Part shown: positions 22,268 through 31,427 of the stretch, one piece after another
Layout: every line of letters begins with the position of its first letter
Position numbering within the stretch: position 1 is the stretch's first letter
Origin: a virus
Strand: one strand, 5' to 3'
IMG/VR virus record: IMGVR_UViG_3300029720_000024
Length of the DNA stretch: 46,964 nt
Position numbers and translations under genes: made by a program
Notes under the pieces: model-generated
Told to the model about the DNA's origin: nothing
The model's database searches: none
What the model saw: the letters and a program-made list of their open reading frames with translations, nothing else

Positions 22268-22818
22268 TTGCGTTTACCTGCCACCGCGAGGCCGAATCCT
22301 ATCAGGGCTATGGATACCGCATACGCGAGGACGGAGGCGCCGCCGGTCTTGGGTATCACCACGGGATTTTTTGCAATGGGCTGTTCGGCGGGCTGCGCGG
22401 CGTTAAAATAGTAGGTTTTGCTTACAGTCCTGTTTTTCTGCATGGCGTTGTAGAGTTCTTCTGCCGTGGTGGCGTTGTCGTAGGCCTTGTCCTTGACGGT
22501 TATACGGAGGGCGGCGGGCTGGTCGGTAACTATGCCGCTCAGGTAATATGTGCCAGCCTCCAATCTCATGTCGTTTGCGTCCAGCTTTACGCCGTCCAGC
22601 TCCACAATAAGCTCCATATCGGTCAGGTCGTAAAAACGGGGTATGCCCAGGTCAACCTTGAGTAGGAAAAGCTCATTGTTGACGTAGGTTTTGGATACCG
22701 CCTTGCCGGTCTGGTAGTCCAGCGCGGTTATATCCAGAGTTACGGGGTCTGCGGCGTAGGCTATGGTGCAAAGGCACAGCATGAGCATTACCGCGAGGAT
22801 ACAAGTGAGTTTTTTCAT
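22264..22818 (-). CDS. Secreted, probably sortase-anchored surface protein (xPKTG sorting signal)
   Basis: Signal peptide MKKLTCILAVMLMLCLCTIAYA and C-terminal IPKTGGASVLAYAVSIALIGFGLAVAGKRK. Confidence 0.65.
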   Translation of the reverse strand: MKKLTCILAVMLMLCLCTIAYAADPVTLDITALDYQTGKAVSKTYVNNELFLLKVDLGIPRFYDLTDMELIVELDGVKLDANDMRLEAGTYYLSGIVTDQPAALRITVKDKAYDNATTAEELYNAMQKNRTVSKTYYFNAAQPAEQPIAKNPVVIPKTGGASVLAYAVSIALIGFGLAVAGKRK

Positions 22819-22835
22819 AATGTTTTCCTTTCTTT

Positions 22836-23090
22836 TTAGAGTTTTATGCAGCGGTTCTCGAACTTCTTATATGCATCGAGGTACACTTCGTTTTTGTCGC
22901 CGTTGCAGGTGACCTCGTAATACATACCATCGGGGAGTGTGGTGGATACCAGTGCCTTCCAGTTCTGGAGGGTCTTGCAGTGCCAAACAACATAAGTATC
23001 AGTCATGTTGATCTCTATGCCGTCTGTTTTGTCGAGGTGCTCGTTTACATAATCTCTAACGATTTCACGAGCTTTGAGTGTGTAGTCCAT
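22836..23090 (-). CDS. Hypothetical protein (DUF6275-like)
   Basis: 84-aa ORF with an AAGGAAAA RBS, sitting behind a terminator. Confidence 0.5.
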   Translation of the reverse strand: MDYTLKAREIVRDYVNEHLDKTDGIEINMTDTYVVWHCKTLQNWKALVSTTLPDGMYYEVTCNGDKNEVYLDAYKKFENRCIKL

Positions 23091-23128
23091 AATTCTTTTC
23101 CTTTCTTTATTTTTGTTTTTTAATTATG

Positions 23129-23149
23129 AAAAAAGAGCCGTGCGGCTCC
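23129..23149 (-). terminator. Rho-independent terminator after the fibre genes
   Basis: The minus strand reads GGAGCCgcaCGGCTC followed by TTTTTT. Confidence 0.65.
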
Positions 23150-23566
23150 TTATTCCGTGTATTCGCTCCATTTGGAGCTGCCCGCCTTGGGCTTGTAGAC
23201 GGTGGACTTGATGTGCTGCTCGGTGCATTGCCACGTTTTGCCGTTGTAGGTAACTATGGTGTTTACCTCAATCACCGTGCCGTCCTCGATGTCGCCCCAC
23301 GCGGGATAGGTCACGGTCTGCACCGCCCAATATGTGCCGAGGTTTGCGGCAGGGGGCTTGTTGCGGCTGTATTTAAGAGCGACATATCCACCCTCAACCG
23401 TATCCCCTGCTATATAGCGGGTCTCAGCGTCCCACGGTGCGCCCTGCGTGGGGGTGGGAGTAAGCCCCGCCCGCGCCGCTGTCAGCACCTCTACAAGGTC
23501 GGTCTCGTGCGCCTCGATCTCCGCTTTACGCACGGCTACCAGCGCCATAAGTTCACTGCGCGTCAT
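23150..23566 (-). CDS. Fibre-associated protein with two CBM5/12-like carbohydrate-binding repeats
   Basis: ..APWDAETRYIAGDTV.. and ..VTYNGKTWQCTEQHIKSTVYKPKAGSSKWSEY. Confidence 0.55.
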   Translation of the reverse strand: MTRSELMALVAVRKAEIEAHETDLVEVLTAARAGLTPTPTQGAPWDAETRYIAGDTVEGGYVALKYSRNKPPAANLGTYWAVQTVTYPAWGDIEDGTVIEVNTIVTYNGKTWQCTEQHIKSTVYKPKAGSSKWSEYTE

Positions 23567-23888
23567 TTACATTCACCCCCAGCTCCGCAAGCGCGTCTAT
23601 ATAGTCCTGCGTGGTGGCCTGCGCCTCATGCTCCGTCCAGCTCTGGACTATCTCTGCGCCGTTGTCCGTCCATATTTCGGTATAATAAAAGCCCTCCTTT
23701 GAGGGCATGGGGGAACGGGTCACGGGCTTATAGCCCAGCTCCTTTATTGCCGCATCGTCATTGGTGGAGAGGTGCGCCCCTGCGGGGTGCGTCACACCGT
23801 TGATTATAAGCGGCGACTTCAACTCAACCGGTAGGCGTAAACATTCGGGATACCCGCCCACCAGCTTGGCATAGTTTGTGTTTAGCAT
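23553..23888 (-). CDS. Hypothetical tail-fibre-region protein
   Basis: 111-aa ORF in operon context. Confidence 0.45.
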   Translation of the reverse strand: MLNTNYAKLVGGYPECLRLPVELKSPLIINGVTHPAGAHLSTNDDAAIKELGYKPVTRSPMPSKEGFYYTEIWTDNGAEIVQSWTEHEAQATTQDYIDALAELGVNVNDAQ

Positions 23889-23900
23889 CGTATTGCTCCT

Positions 23901-24281
23901 TTATATATTTTTTGTCAGGACAAGCTGCGGCATAAAACTGCCTTGTATCCTGCCCGTAATTGTAATATTGCTATTCACTATATACTCGTATGTTTTCGTG
24001 GTATTCATATCTTGAAATCTAACAACGCTCTTCCCCTCAACCGTAATTTGAGCATAATATCGAGTGTCACGCGCATTTCCTATAGCAACACTCAGTATAA
24101 TAGTATCTCCTACATTCACTTCGTATGTACCTGACTTGTTAACAACCGTGCCATCTGGTAAAGTGATTGCAGAATACGAACTCGCACCGCCGCTAAAAGT
24201 ACCTGATGTTGTGATAATACACTTCTTATTTCCCCCTGTCATCATCATCCTGCGCCGTAAGGCAAACTGCAAGGGTATCAT
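23901..24281 (-). CDS. Hypothetical fibre-region protein with no SD of its own. Its start overlaps the stop of a leader ORF (ATGA).
   Basis: MIPLQFALRRRMMMTGG.. resembles the N-terminus of 24355..24969 ([11 protein letters not shown]). Confidence 0.5.
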   Translation of the reverse strand: MIPLQFALRRRMMMTGGNKKCIITTSGTFSGGASSYSAITLPDGTVVNKSGTYEVNVGDTIILSVAIGNARDTRYYAQITVEGKSVVRFQDMNTTKTYEYIVNSNITITGRIQGSFMPQLVLTKNI

Positions 24282-24340
24282 AGCGCATAGGCGCTTTTTA
24301 TTTTACGGAGGCTGCCCCCCCCCGATAGAATTATTTTCAT
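24278..24340 (-). CDS. Leader mini-ORF (20 aa) containing the G9 tract
   Basis: AAGGAG, 6 nt, then ATG. MKIILSGGGSLRKIKSAYAL, with its stop TGA overlapping the ATG at 24281. Confidence 0.3.
   Translation of the reverse strand: MKIILSGGGSLRKIKSAYAL
24315..24323. repeat. Homopolymer tract C9 (G9 on the coding strand)
   Basis: gctgCCCCCCCCCgat read directly. Confidence 0.9.
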
Positions 24341-24354
24341 AGTGTACTCCTTTT

Positions 24355-24969
24355 TTATATTGGTATCGTGAGTGTTACGTAGCCGTCGCCACCTTTTTGA
24401 GCCGTACCGCTTGTTGGAGTGTTCGAAGTTTTCCCTTCTCCACCATTAGGCGCACCCCCTGGAGCGGTTTGGTATGCACCAAACTTAGCATCACCATTTA
24501 ATCCATTAGGTACGCCTCCAACTCCACCATAAGCATGTTGGTGGTTGTCAGAGCAGTTCACGTTAGCACCCTTGCCGCCCGTTGTTGTTATCCCAAAGGC
24601 AATCGTATCGCCACCATCCGATGCAATTACAGCATAATTTTGCTGACTACTATTTCCAGCACCACCCGCACCTATGATAATATCATATACACCAGCAATA
24701 ATTTTCATTTTAACTGTTTGATGCCCGCCGCCACCACCACCGCCACAACCCAATGTCCCAACATTGTACGCAGCAGCGGATACACCCCCACCGCCACCAG
24801 CCAACAGGTAAACATCAGCCATAACCGAACCGCTGACATTCAGTGTGCCAGAAGATGTAAGTTTTATAACGCGCTTTGAGCCTTCTATCTTGTCCGTAAA
24901 TTGGCCTGTGTAGGTAAACTCAAAAGCGCCGCCGCCACTCATCAGCCTCCTTCGTAGCATACCTATCAT
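24355..24969 (-). CDS. Glycine-rich fibre/receptor-binding-region protein
   Basis: ..[32 protein letters not shown]... Its ATGA start overlaps the collagen-like gene stop. Confidence 0.6.
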   Translation of the reverse strand: MIGMLRRRLMSGGGAFEFTYTGQFTDKIEGSKRVIKLTSSGTLNVSGSVMADVYLLAGGGGGVSAAAYNVGTLGCGGGGGGGHQTVKMKIIAGVYDIIIGAGGAGNSSQQNYAVIASDGGDTIAFGITTTGGKGANVNCSDNHQHAYGGVGGVPNGLNGDAKFGAYQTAPGGAPNGGEGKTSNTPTSGTAQKGGDGYVTLTIPI

Positions 24970-27476
24970 GCGCTCACAACCTCCTGTACTGCCCACACGC
25001 CATTGTATACGTCAAATTCATAGGTCTTGCTTGCCTCTATTGCCGGGGCCGCGCCCATAAATGTGCCGCTAAATGACACTGATACACTACTACCCGTAGT
25101 AAATTTACCGTGCGCCCAGCCGGATGTTGGCGGGGTAAACACATACGTACCCACAGGAGAGGATACGTTATATATGGTATTTGCCGTCAGCGCCGCGCCG
25201 CTGGCGGGGAGGGAGGAAGCTATAACAGGCGGGGTCAGATAGTCCACGCCGCCCTCGGCCTGCGCCACCTTGCCGCCCGCGCCCTTGAGCAGGCCGTTAA
25301 TGCTGGTCGCGGTATCGGCGGTTATCTCGTTAGGGCCAGCGGGGCCCTGTTCGCCCTGTGCGCCAGTGTCGCCTTTCGCTCCCGTGTCGCCCTTTGCCCC
25401 CTGCGGGCCTTTGATGCTGACGCTTGCGGGGTTATCCAGCCCGCCGTTATTTGTCCATGAGAGTATGCCCTCGGCAGAGACAGCGGGGGTAAAATACGGC
25501 CCGGTGTCGCCCTTGGGGCCGTCCGCGCCCTTGGGGCCTTGGATACCCTGCGGGCCTTGCTCGCCCGTATCGCCCTTCGCGCCGGGGTCGCCTGTCGCGC
25601 CTTTTTCGCCTGTCGCGCCCTGCGGGATGCCGAACTCAAAATCAAATACCTTTGCGGTGTCCGCGCCGCTTGCCGTTACCTTTACGGTGGCGGCGGCTCC
25701 GGCGGCGAGGGTGTTTACCGTGGCGGTGGGCGTGCCAAACCCTGCGGCTGTGCCGGGGTCGCCTTTTGCGCCGGGGTCTCCCTGCGGGCCTTGCTCGCCC
25801 TGTATGCCCTGTTCGCCCTGTATGCCCTGCTTGCCTTGTATGCCCTGCGGGCCTTGCTCTCCGGCGGGGCCGCGCTCACCCGTGAGGCCCTGCTCTCCCT
25901 GCGGGCCTTTTATGTTGGCGTCGGGGGGATTAGCGAGACCGCCGTTATTGCTCCATGATATAACGCCCTCGGCGGATACCGAGGGGGTAAAGTAGGGGCC
26001 GGGGTCGCCCTTTGCTCCAGCGTCTCCTTTCGCTCCCTGATCTCCCTTTGCGCCCTGCTCACCAGTCGCACCCTGTTCGCCCTTGGGAACGCCGAACTTA
26101 AAGGCGAATACCTTCGCGGTATCTGCGCCGGAAGCTGTTACCTCTACAGTAGCGGGGGTTCCCGCGTCAAGGGTGGTCGCCGTAGCGGTAGGTGTGCCAA
26201 ATCCGGCGGCTTCGCCCGTGGGGCCTTGTTCGCCCCTTGCTCCCGTGTCGCCCTTCGCGCCGGGGTCTCCCTTGGGGCCCGTATCGCCTTTAGGGCCAGT
26301 GGGGCCTTGCTCACCTTTTGCGCCCTGCAAGGGGCCGTTGTTTACCCACTTGGAATTTACGCCGTCCCAGATATATATATCATACGGTTCGCCCGCGCCC
26401 ACGCCGTAAGCGTCGCCAGCGGAGGGGTTAGATACTCCGGCTTGTAATGCGGAGAGGGAAGCGTAATAGCCCAACACGGCAAATCCTTCGCCCGTATCGC
26501 CCTTGGCTCCCTGTGCGCCCTGTGGCCCCCTTATATTGACTGTGGCGGGGGTTTCCAGCCCGCCGTTATTACTCCACGATAAATCGCCGTCAGCGGTCAC
26601 AGAGGGCGTATAGTGCGCTCCTGCGGGGCCTCGTTCGCCCGTGGCTCCCGTATCGCCCTTGGGGCCCGTTTCTCCCTTATCTCCGGGGTCGCCTTTAGGG
26701 CCTTGGATACCCTGCTCACCCTTGGGGCCAGCGGGGCCCGTTTCTCCTGCGGCTCCTGTGTCGCCTTTATCGCCTTTCTTGCCTTCGGGGCCTTGGGGGC
26801 CGACGGGGCCAGCGTCGCCCTGCAAGCCTTTCTTGCCCTCCGGGCCTTGTGGGCCGATAGGGCCTTGCTCACCACGGGGGCCTTGCAAGCCTTGTATACC
26901 CTGTTCGCCCTTGGGGCCTACCGCGCCCTGTTCGCCCTTGGGGCCTTGTATTCCTGCGGGGCCTTGTACACCCTGCGGGCCTTGGGGGCCTGTGGGGCCT
27001 ATTTCACCCTGCGGGCCTGTGGGGCCTGTCGCGCCTAACGCCTGGGATACTAATTCCTGCACCTCGGCAAGAAGCTGTTCCGCCACACTGGGGGTGGGAA
27101 GGTTGGAACCGGGAAGGTCGGCTATTATCTCAATGGGCCGCGTTCCCGTCCACTTGGCTATGATGTTCTTCTCATCGTTCGCCAGAGTGGCTAAAAGCGT
27201 GAGGTTCATCATGCCCCGCTTGCCCGTAAACAGCGGCGTGATATGCCATGTAAGGGTTATATCTTCCCCCACATCTTTATACAGCACATACCTTGCTTCC
27301 GTGCCGTCCATGGGCCAATACGCCTTTATGGTGAACCCTGCGGCGGCAAGGTCTACGTCACGGGCATCTAAGGGTATGCTGATAGTGACGGTATCCGCCA
27401 GACTTTCACCCTCGATAACAAGGGACTGTATAGGGGTGGTGAGAAGATACTTTCCGTCAACCGTTATTCTGTGCAT
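24966..27476 (-). CDS. Collagen-like tail fibre / baseplate upper protein (BppU-like N-terminus, G-X-Y tracts, repeated globular modules)
   Basis: Long [16 protein letters not shown].. tracts, three [20 protein letters not shown] modules and two [22 protein letters not shown] modules. Confidence 0.8.
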   Translation of the reverse strand: MHRITVDGKYLLTTPIQSLVIEGESLADTVTISIPLDARDVDLAAAGFTIKAYWPMDGTEARYVLYKDVGEDITLTWHITPLFTGKRGMMNLTLLATLANDEKNIIAKWTGTRPIEIIADLPGSNLPTPSVAEQLLAEVQELVSQALGATGPTGPQGEIGPTGPQGPQGVQGPAGIQGPKGEQGAVGPKGEQGIQGLQGPRGEQGPIGPQGPEGKKGLQGDAGPVGPQGPEGKKGDKGDTGAAGETGPAGPKGEQGIQGPKGDPGDKGETGPKGDTGATGERGPAGAHYTPSVTADGDLSWSNNGGLETPATVNIRGPQGAQGAKGDTGEGFAVLGYYASLSALQAGVSNPSAGDAYGVGAGEPYDIYIWDGVNSKWVNNGPLQGAKGEQGPTGPKGDTGPKGDPGAKGDTGARGEQGPTGEAAGFGTPTATATTLDAGTPATVEVTASGADTAKVFAFKFGVPKGEQGATGEQGAKGDQGAKGDAGAKGDPGPYFTPSVSAEGVISWSNNGGLANPPDANIKGPQGEQGLTGERGPAGEQGPQGIQGKQGIQGEQGIQGEQGPQGDPGAKGDPGTAAGFGTPTATVNTLAAGAAATVKVTASGADTAKVFDFEFGIPQGATGEKGATGDPGAKGDTGEQGPQGIQGPKGADGPKGDTGPYFTPAVSAEGILSWTNNGGLDNPASVSIKGPQGAKGDTGAKGDTGAQGEQGPAGPNEITADTATSINGLLKGAGGKVAQAEGGVDYLTPPVIASSLPASGAALTANTIYNVSSPVGTYVFTPPTSGWAHGKFTTGSSVSVSFSGTFMGAAPAIEASKTYEFDVYNGVWAVQEVVSA

Positions 27477-27613
27477 TGTTCGTCCTCCGCAAGTTTTTCT
27501 AAGGCCAGAATACAGCCTAATTTCGCGTCTAAGTCCGCTTTCGCTACAACGGGTATAGAAGTATTAAGTGTGCGTATTATCGCTTGTATAACGGCTTTCT
27601 GTTCGTCTGTCAT
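27464..27613 (-). CDS. Small hypothetical protein (49 aa)
   Basis: Hand translation gives [49 protein letters not shown]. Its ATGA start overlaps the upstream stop. Confidence 0.35.
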   Translation of the reverse strand: MTDEQKAVIQAIIRTLNTSIPVVAKADLDAKLGCILALEKLAEDEQCTE

Positions 27614-27951
27614 ATATCCGTAGCTCCTTTAAATCTGTCATCATGGGTTTTGATATAGTTATAAACAACCTGATACAACGTTTGCCCTTCGAGAGCGGAC
27701 GGGCTAAAATAGTCAGTGTAATCGGTCGAGTTTTCGCCATACTCTTCAGAAGGATAAACGATGTCCTCTACTCGAATCTTCACCGCCGCGAAAGTTATAG
27801 GATTTGCACCCGCCAGCCGTGCTTCCTGCGAAAAATAAGGATTGACTGTCGCGTCAACCCTTTTGTTTACTCTGTCTATCTTAACATCATCTATTACCCA
27901 ATAATTTACGGGAACGCCCTCTTTTGTAGTTTTAGGTAGATACAACGCCAT
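27610..27951 (-). CDS. Hypothetical baseplate-region protein
   Basis: 113-aa ORF in operon context. Confidence 0.5.
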   Translation of the reverse strand: MALYLPKTTKEGVPVNYWVIDDVKIDRVNKRVDATVNPYFSQEARLAGANPITFAAVKIRVEDIVYPSEEYGENSTDYTDYFSPSALEGQTLYQVVYNYIKTHDDRFKGATDI

Positions 27952-30193
27952 ATCTTTCCTCCAATGCTGATAATCTCCGGTTTAAGTCCTGCACATAAGG
28001 CAATAACAACTTGGGCAATCCGCCCTCGTAATCAACGGCGCACGGGACATCTTTGCCATTGATTTTTTCGGTTATAGCGAGTTCGGGGCATACCTTATAG
28101 ACTTCTTCGGCTATAAGCCCGTAATCCTGCTTACCACTGGATTTCCATGTGAACTTACGGGGACGTAGAGCGTTCACTTTTGCTATACAATCCAACCCCG
28201 CATCTTGAATATTCTCCTTGCGGCGTATCGAGGAGGAAGCATAGCCTATATATCCTCCGTCTGATGCCGCCCATCGTAGCGTATAAGTGTTGACAGAATA
28301 ATCATAAATTTGATCACATTGCAGATAACCTTTAGTAAATATAGTAGCACCGGCGTTAATAGAATAATCAACTCCCAGCGTAACAAGCCCGCTTTTTTGG
28401 CCTGACAGGGTTATTTGACCAAGCTTTAACTTACCTCCACTTTGCCCTGAGTACAGCGAACAAGTATTGCCTTCAAGGTAACTGCCGTGTATATCGAATC
28501 CCGCAATCGTACCGCCTGATGCATTAAGGTTGCCGGTGGTCACTGTGCCGCTTATGGTGGCGTTTACGCACGTCATCTTGCCGTTTGTATCTATCTTGAA
28601 GTTGTTGTTCGCCGTGACAACGCCGTTAAGGTTTATCTTTGACGCGCTTATTGATACCGCTTCCGAGCTTTGATTTATGGTGGAAATAATATTGTCCTTG
28701 GTGACGGTGCTCGACAATCCCTCGGCGGTTATTTCAAGCTGTGTCTGCATATTCTGCGTCCATGTGGTAGGCATACATACGGTGTTATCTACCACCCACG
28801 CCGAGCCAGTGTAACGCTTTATTTCCTTTGTCGAGGGATTGTACCAGTATTCGCCCTCCTTTGCGCCCGTGGGCGTGGCGGTCTGGTTGTATTTAGGGGA
28901 GATGACCGTCTGCCACGCGGAACCCGTCCATACCTTTATCTTGCCATCGTTGTACCATTGATACCCCGTATTCGCGGTTTTCTGGTCATCGTCCCACCCT
29001 AAAGAGGGGTCGGTGTCGGATTCAACAGGGGTCAGGAAAGCTACCCGTGTGACCGTCTGCTTCATTCCCTCAACGGTCATTTCTATTTCATGGGCTGCGC
29101 GTCCGGCTATGAGCGTCCGGCGGTTCTCCGCGCTTATGGCGGGGCGCAGAGGGGAGCCGGAGCTTATGTACTGTATCCTTGCCCTGCCCTTAAAGGTCAA
29201 GTCCATGCGGTAAATGGGGAAGGTATAAGTCCCATCGTCCGTGACTACCTTTATCATGTCGCCTGCTTCCAAAGACCAATCGCCCTTTGCGTCCAGCTCG
29301 ACAGGCGTAAACGCCGCAAAGGAGTTTAAGCGGTTATAGATAACCTCTGCATAAGGTCTTATCTGTGCATCGGTATAGCCATACAGCATAGGGCAGTCTA
29401 TTATTTGATAAGCGTTCGTCCCCGTGCCGACTATTACGCCTATGTCCTTTTCGGACGCGGCTACTTGTAATTTGTCTATCTTGGCTACCTGATACTCCGA
29501 TACCACGGCGTTATAATAATCCGCGGAATTGGCGGTCTTATTAAAGGTGACATTGGTATTGGCGAACCACGCCAGTTCACATACTCCGCTTCGGGATATG
29601 CGGGCAAAGGAACACGCCGCCTCGGCTATCCATTGAAGAACTTCCCGGCATAGAACATCTTGCGTCCTGAACAGCGGCGAATCAAAGGTTTTCCCCGAAT
29701 TGGGGAAGTCTGCTATTGAAGCAGGTACGCCGACATGAGCGCAAAGCGATGTAAAAATATTTTTTAGTGTAGTCGGGTACGAAAGAGAATTAAGAAAAGC
29801 ATCTGCGCTCACATCGAACTTTACCATTCTGTCATGGGCGGTGATGCTTATTTTTTTAGGTTTAAGTTTGTCGGGCTTTTCGGAGATAAACACGCCCAGA
29901 GGAACATATTCGTATTCTTCCCCCACGAGTACGCCTATCGAGGCGGTGAACTCCGTGCCGTCAAAGTTAAAAGAGGACAGCCCCCCGTCAAAGTTAAGGA
30001 GTTCTATCCCCAGTTCTGCGGAACAGGCCGCGCCTATCGTCAGTTCTTCGTCCTCGAAAGCCATGCTTGAATAGGTCAAGCCGGAGATAGAGAGGTTTTG
30101 TTCCGCTATCTGATTTTCGCCGAATGTCAGTTTTAGCTTTTGGGGCTTGCCCGACATTACGGCATTACGAAAGCCTGTGCTTACTGTATACAT
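27932..30193 (-). CDS. Tail-associated (Tal-like) protein with a C-terminal S74-type intramolecular chaperone domain
   Basis: Position after Dit. C-terminal ..YASSSIRRKENI..LRPRKFTWK..DYGLIAEEV... GGAGG before the ATG at 30193. Confidence 0.7.
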   Translation of the reverse strand: MYTVSTGFRNAVMSGKPQKLKLTFGENQIAEQNLSISGLTYSSMAFEDEELTIGAACSAELGIELLNFDGGLSSFNFDGTEFTASIGVLVGEEYEYVPLGVFISEKPDKLKPKKISITAHDRMVKFDVSADAFLNSLSYPTTLKNIFTSLCAHVGVPASIADFPNSGKTFDSPLFRTQDVLCREVLQWIAEAACSFARISRSGVCELAWFANTNVTFNKTANSADYYNAVVSEYQVAKIDKLQVAASEKDIGVIVGTGTNAYQIIDCPMLYGYTDAQIRPYAEVIYNRLNSFAAFTPVELDAKGDWSLEAGDMIKVVTDDGTYTFPIYRMDLTFKGRARIQYISSGSPLRPAISAENRRTLIAGRAAHEIEMTVEGMKQTVTRVAFLTPVESDTDPSLGWDDDQKTANTGYQWYNDGKIKVWTGSAWQTVISPKYNQTATPTGAKEGEYWYNPSTKEIKRYTGSAWVVDNTVCMPTTWTQNMQTQLEITAEGLSSTVTKDNIISTINQSSEAVSISASKINLNGVVTANNNFKIDTNGKMTCVNATISGTVTTGNLNASGGTIAGFDIHGSYLEGNTCSLYSGQSGGKLKLGQITLSGQKSGLVTLGVDYSINAGATIFTKGYLQCDQIYDYSVNTYTLRWAASDGGYIGYASSSIRRKENIQDAGLDCIAKVNALRPRKFTWKSSGKQDYGLIAEEVYKVCPELAITEKINGKDVPCAVDYEGGLPKLLLPYVQDLNRRLSALEERYGVVST

Positions 30194-30203
30194 TTTGCCT
30201 CCA

Positions 30204-30227
30204 ATAAAAAAGACACCCGAAGGTGTC
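30204..30227 (-). terminator. Rho-independent terminator downstream of the moron
   Basis: The minus strand reads GACACCttcgGGTGTC followed by TTTTTTATT. Confidence 0.75.
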
Positions 30228-30236
30228 ACGGAGTAT

Positions 30237-30998
30237 TTATCTTAATGAGCCGATAATTCCGAGTAAAAGCAATATGCCGAATGCGATTAGAATTTTGGTC
30301 AGGCAACCGCTCTTCTTAGGTTTACCGCCCAGATATACATTAAATTCGCCGCCGCCTGTCGGCGTGTTCTTTGTCGTTTCAGTTTCCGCCGGAATGGCAT
30401 CTGCGCCGTTGGTTATTATCTTTGCGGAACCCTCTGCGTGTCCGTACAGTCCATACCCGCGCTGGAACCAGAGAGAAATTTTCGCGCTATCCCGCCTGTC
30501 TTTTATGGTTATTCTTGCTTTAATGGCTTCATTCCTCGTTCTTATGTCAAACACGTGCCTGCCTACCGGGCATTCTATAAAACTGCGTTCGCCCAAACCG
30601 AGCCGACACACTTCTTCACCGTCCTCGCTGACTACAATTTGTTCGGCGTATGAACCTTCCAACTCCGGGCGTTCTATTATCACATTGGGTTCGAGTATCG
30701 TTGTTTTTACACGTTCCAAGCCCTCTTGTGCCTCCTGATTGTCCATGTCAATATCAAGAGCACGGTCGTAATATTTTTCGGCGTCATCAAGCATTTGCCG
30801 TTCTTCGTAGTCTTTCGCTCTTTTGAGAATGTTATTGATTTCGGACGAGCGATTTATATTTACCGTTCCGCTCACTTTCTGTACGGCATCGGCAATCATT
30901 ATCTTGGTTCCGCAATAATTACAGAAACCAAATTCCCTATCCTGATCTAACTCTATATCGGCATTACAGTTCGGGCATTTAAGAGCTATTATTTTCAT
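30237..30998 (-). CDS. Moron: zinc-ribbon, TPR-like, tail-anchored membrane protein
   Basis: MKIIALKCPNCNADI..FCNYCGTKI, ..AEKYYDRALDIDMDNQEAQEGL.. and a C-terminal CLTKILIAFGILLLLGIIGSL. Confidence 0.65.
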   Translation of the reverse strand: MKIIALKCPNCNADIELDQDREFGFCNYCGTKIMIADAVQKVSGTVNINRSSEINNILKRAKDYEERQMLDDAEKYYDRALDIDMDNQEAQEGLERVKTTILEPNVIIERPELEGSYAEQIVVSEDGEEVCRLGLGERSFIECPVGRHVFDIRTRNEAIKARITIKDRRDSAKISLWFQRGYGLYGHAEGSAKIITNGADAIPAETETTKNTPTGGGEFNVYLGGKPKKSGCLTKILIAFGILLLLGIIGSLR

Positions 30999-31047
30999 AA
31001 CAAAACCCCCTAAAGATATGTAATTTCATTATTACGCCTTTAGGGGG
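30999..31047 (-). terminator. Long hairpin plus T-run between Dit and the moron
   Basis: The minus strand reads CCCCCTAAAGgcGTAATgaaATTACatatCTTTAGGGGG followed by TTTTGTT. Confidence 0.55.
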
Positions 31048-31052
31048 AAGTG

Positions 31053-31427
31053 TCAATACTCTATTACCGTCATGCTCAAGGAAATATACGCCTTGTTCTT
31101 ATCACCTTCGGGGAACCAGATAATTTCTTCTTTCCTGTCGCCTACATAAAACGTGCCGGAATAGTTACCCGCAAGGGTTTTAGGGTTCGGACAGGTGAAA
31201 GAAAAGCTGTCGGAATCGACTGCTTGTAATATCGCCGAGCATAGCTCCCATGTCAGCACGTCCCACGACAATTCAACGGTCAACTTCTGCGCTACCATTG
31301 TTCGGTTGAGTGTGCCGGAAGCGTCTCTTTCAGCCTCCGTGTCAAGGTCGGCGAGCGTCATATTCAGTTTAGAGGGGTCGGGGAGCGTATAGCTCCCCAC
31401 CTTTAAGCCTATATCATATCTATACAT
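31053..31427 (-). CDS. Putative distal tail protein (small Dit-like)
   Basis: Lies immediately after the tape measure gene, with a TGATG overlap. Confidence 0.5.
   Translation of the reverse strand: MYRYDIGLKVGSYTLPDPSKLNMTLADLDTEAERDASGTLNRTMVAQKLTVELSWDVLTWELCSAILQAVDSDSFSFTCPNPKTLAGNYSGTFYVGDRKEEIIWFPEGDKNKAYISLSMTVIEY

Noticed and set aside
21584-22411. A 275-aa plus-strand ORF antisense to the endolysin. Similar antisense ORFs occur at 925..1662, 16876..17610, 23126..23803, 32900..33988, 37093..37786, 39907..40578 and 43448..44225.
   Set aside because: Each lies opposite a gene with clear family motifs or operon context. The translations are low-complexity or Cys/Arg-rich, and starts with an RBS are lacking. 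These are typical open antisense frames in GC-moderate DNA.
24966-27476. Diversity-generating retroelement targeting the fibre
   Set aside because: No reverse transcriptase gene is present anywhere in the window, and I saw no template/variable repeat pair with adenine-specific differences. The internal repeats are in-frame module duplications.
25270-27558. Long plus-strand ORFs (up to 305 aa) and alternative minus-frame ORFs inside the collagen-like fibre gene
   Set aside because: They are Pro/Ala/Arg-rich low-complexity translations of the antisense or shifted GGN-CCN repeat frames. They have no RBS and are fully nested in a convincing 836-aa CDS.
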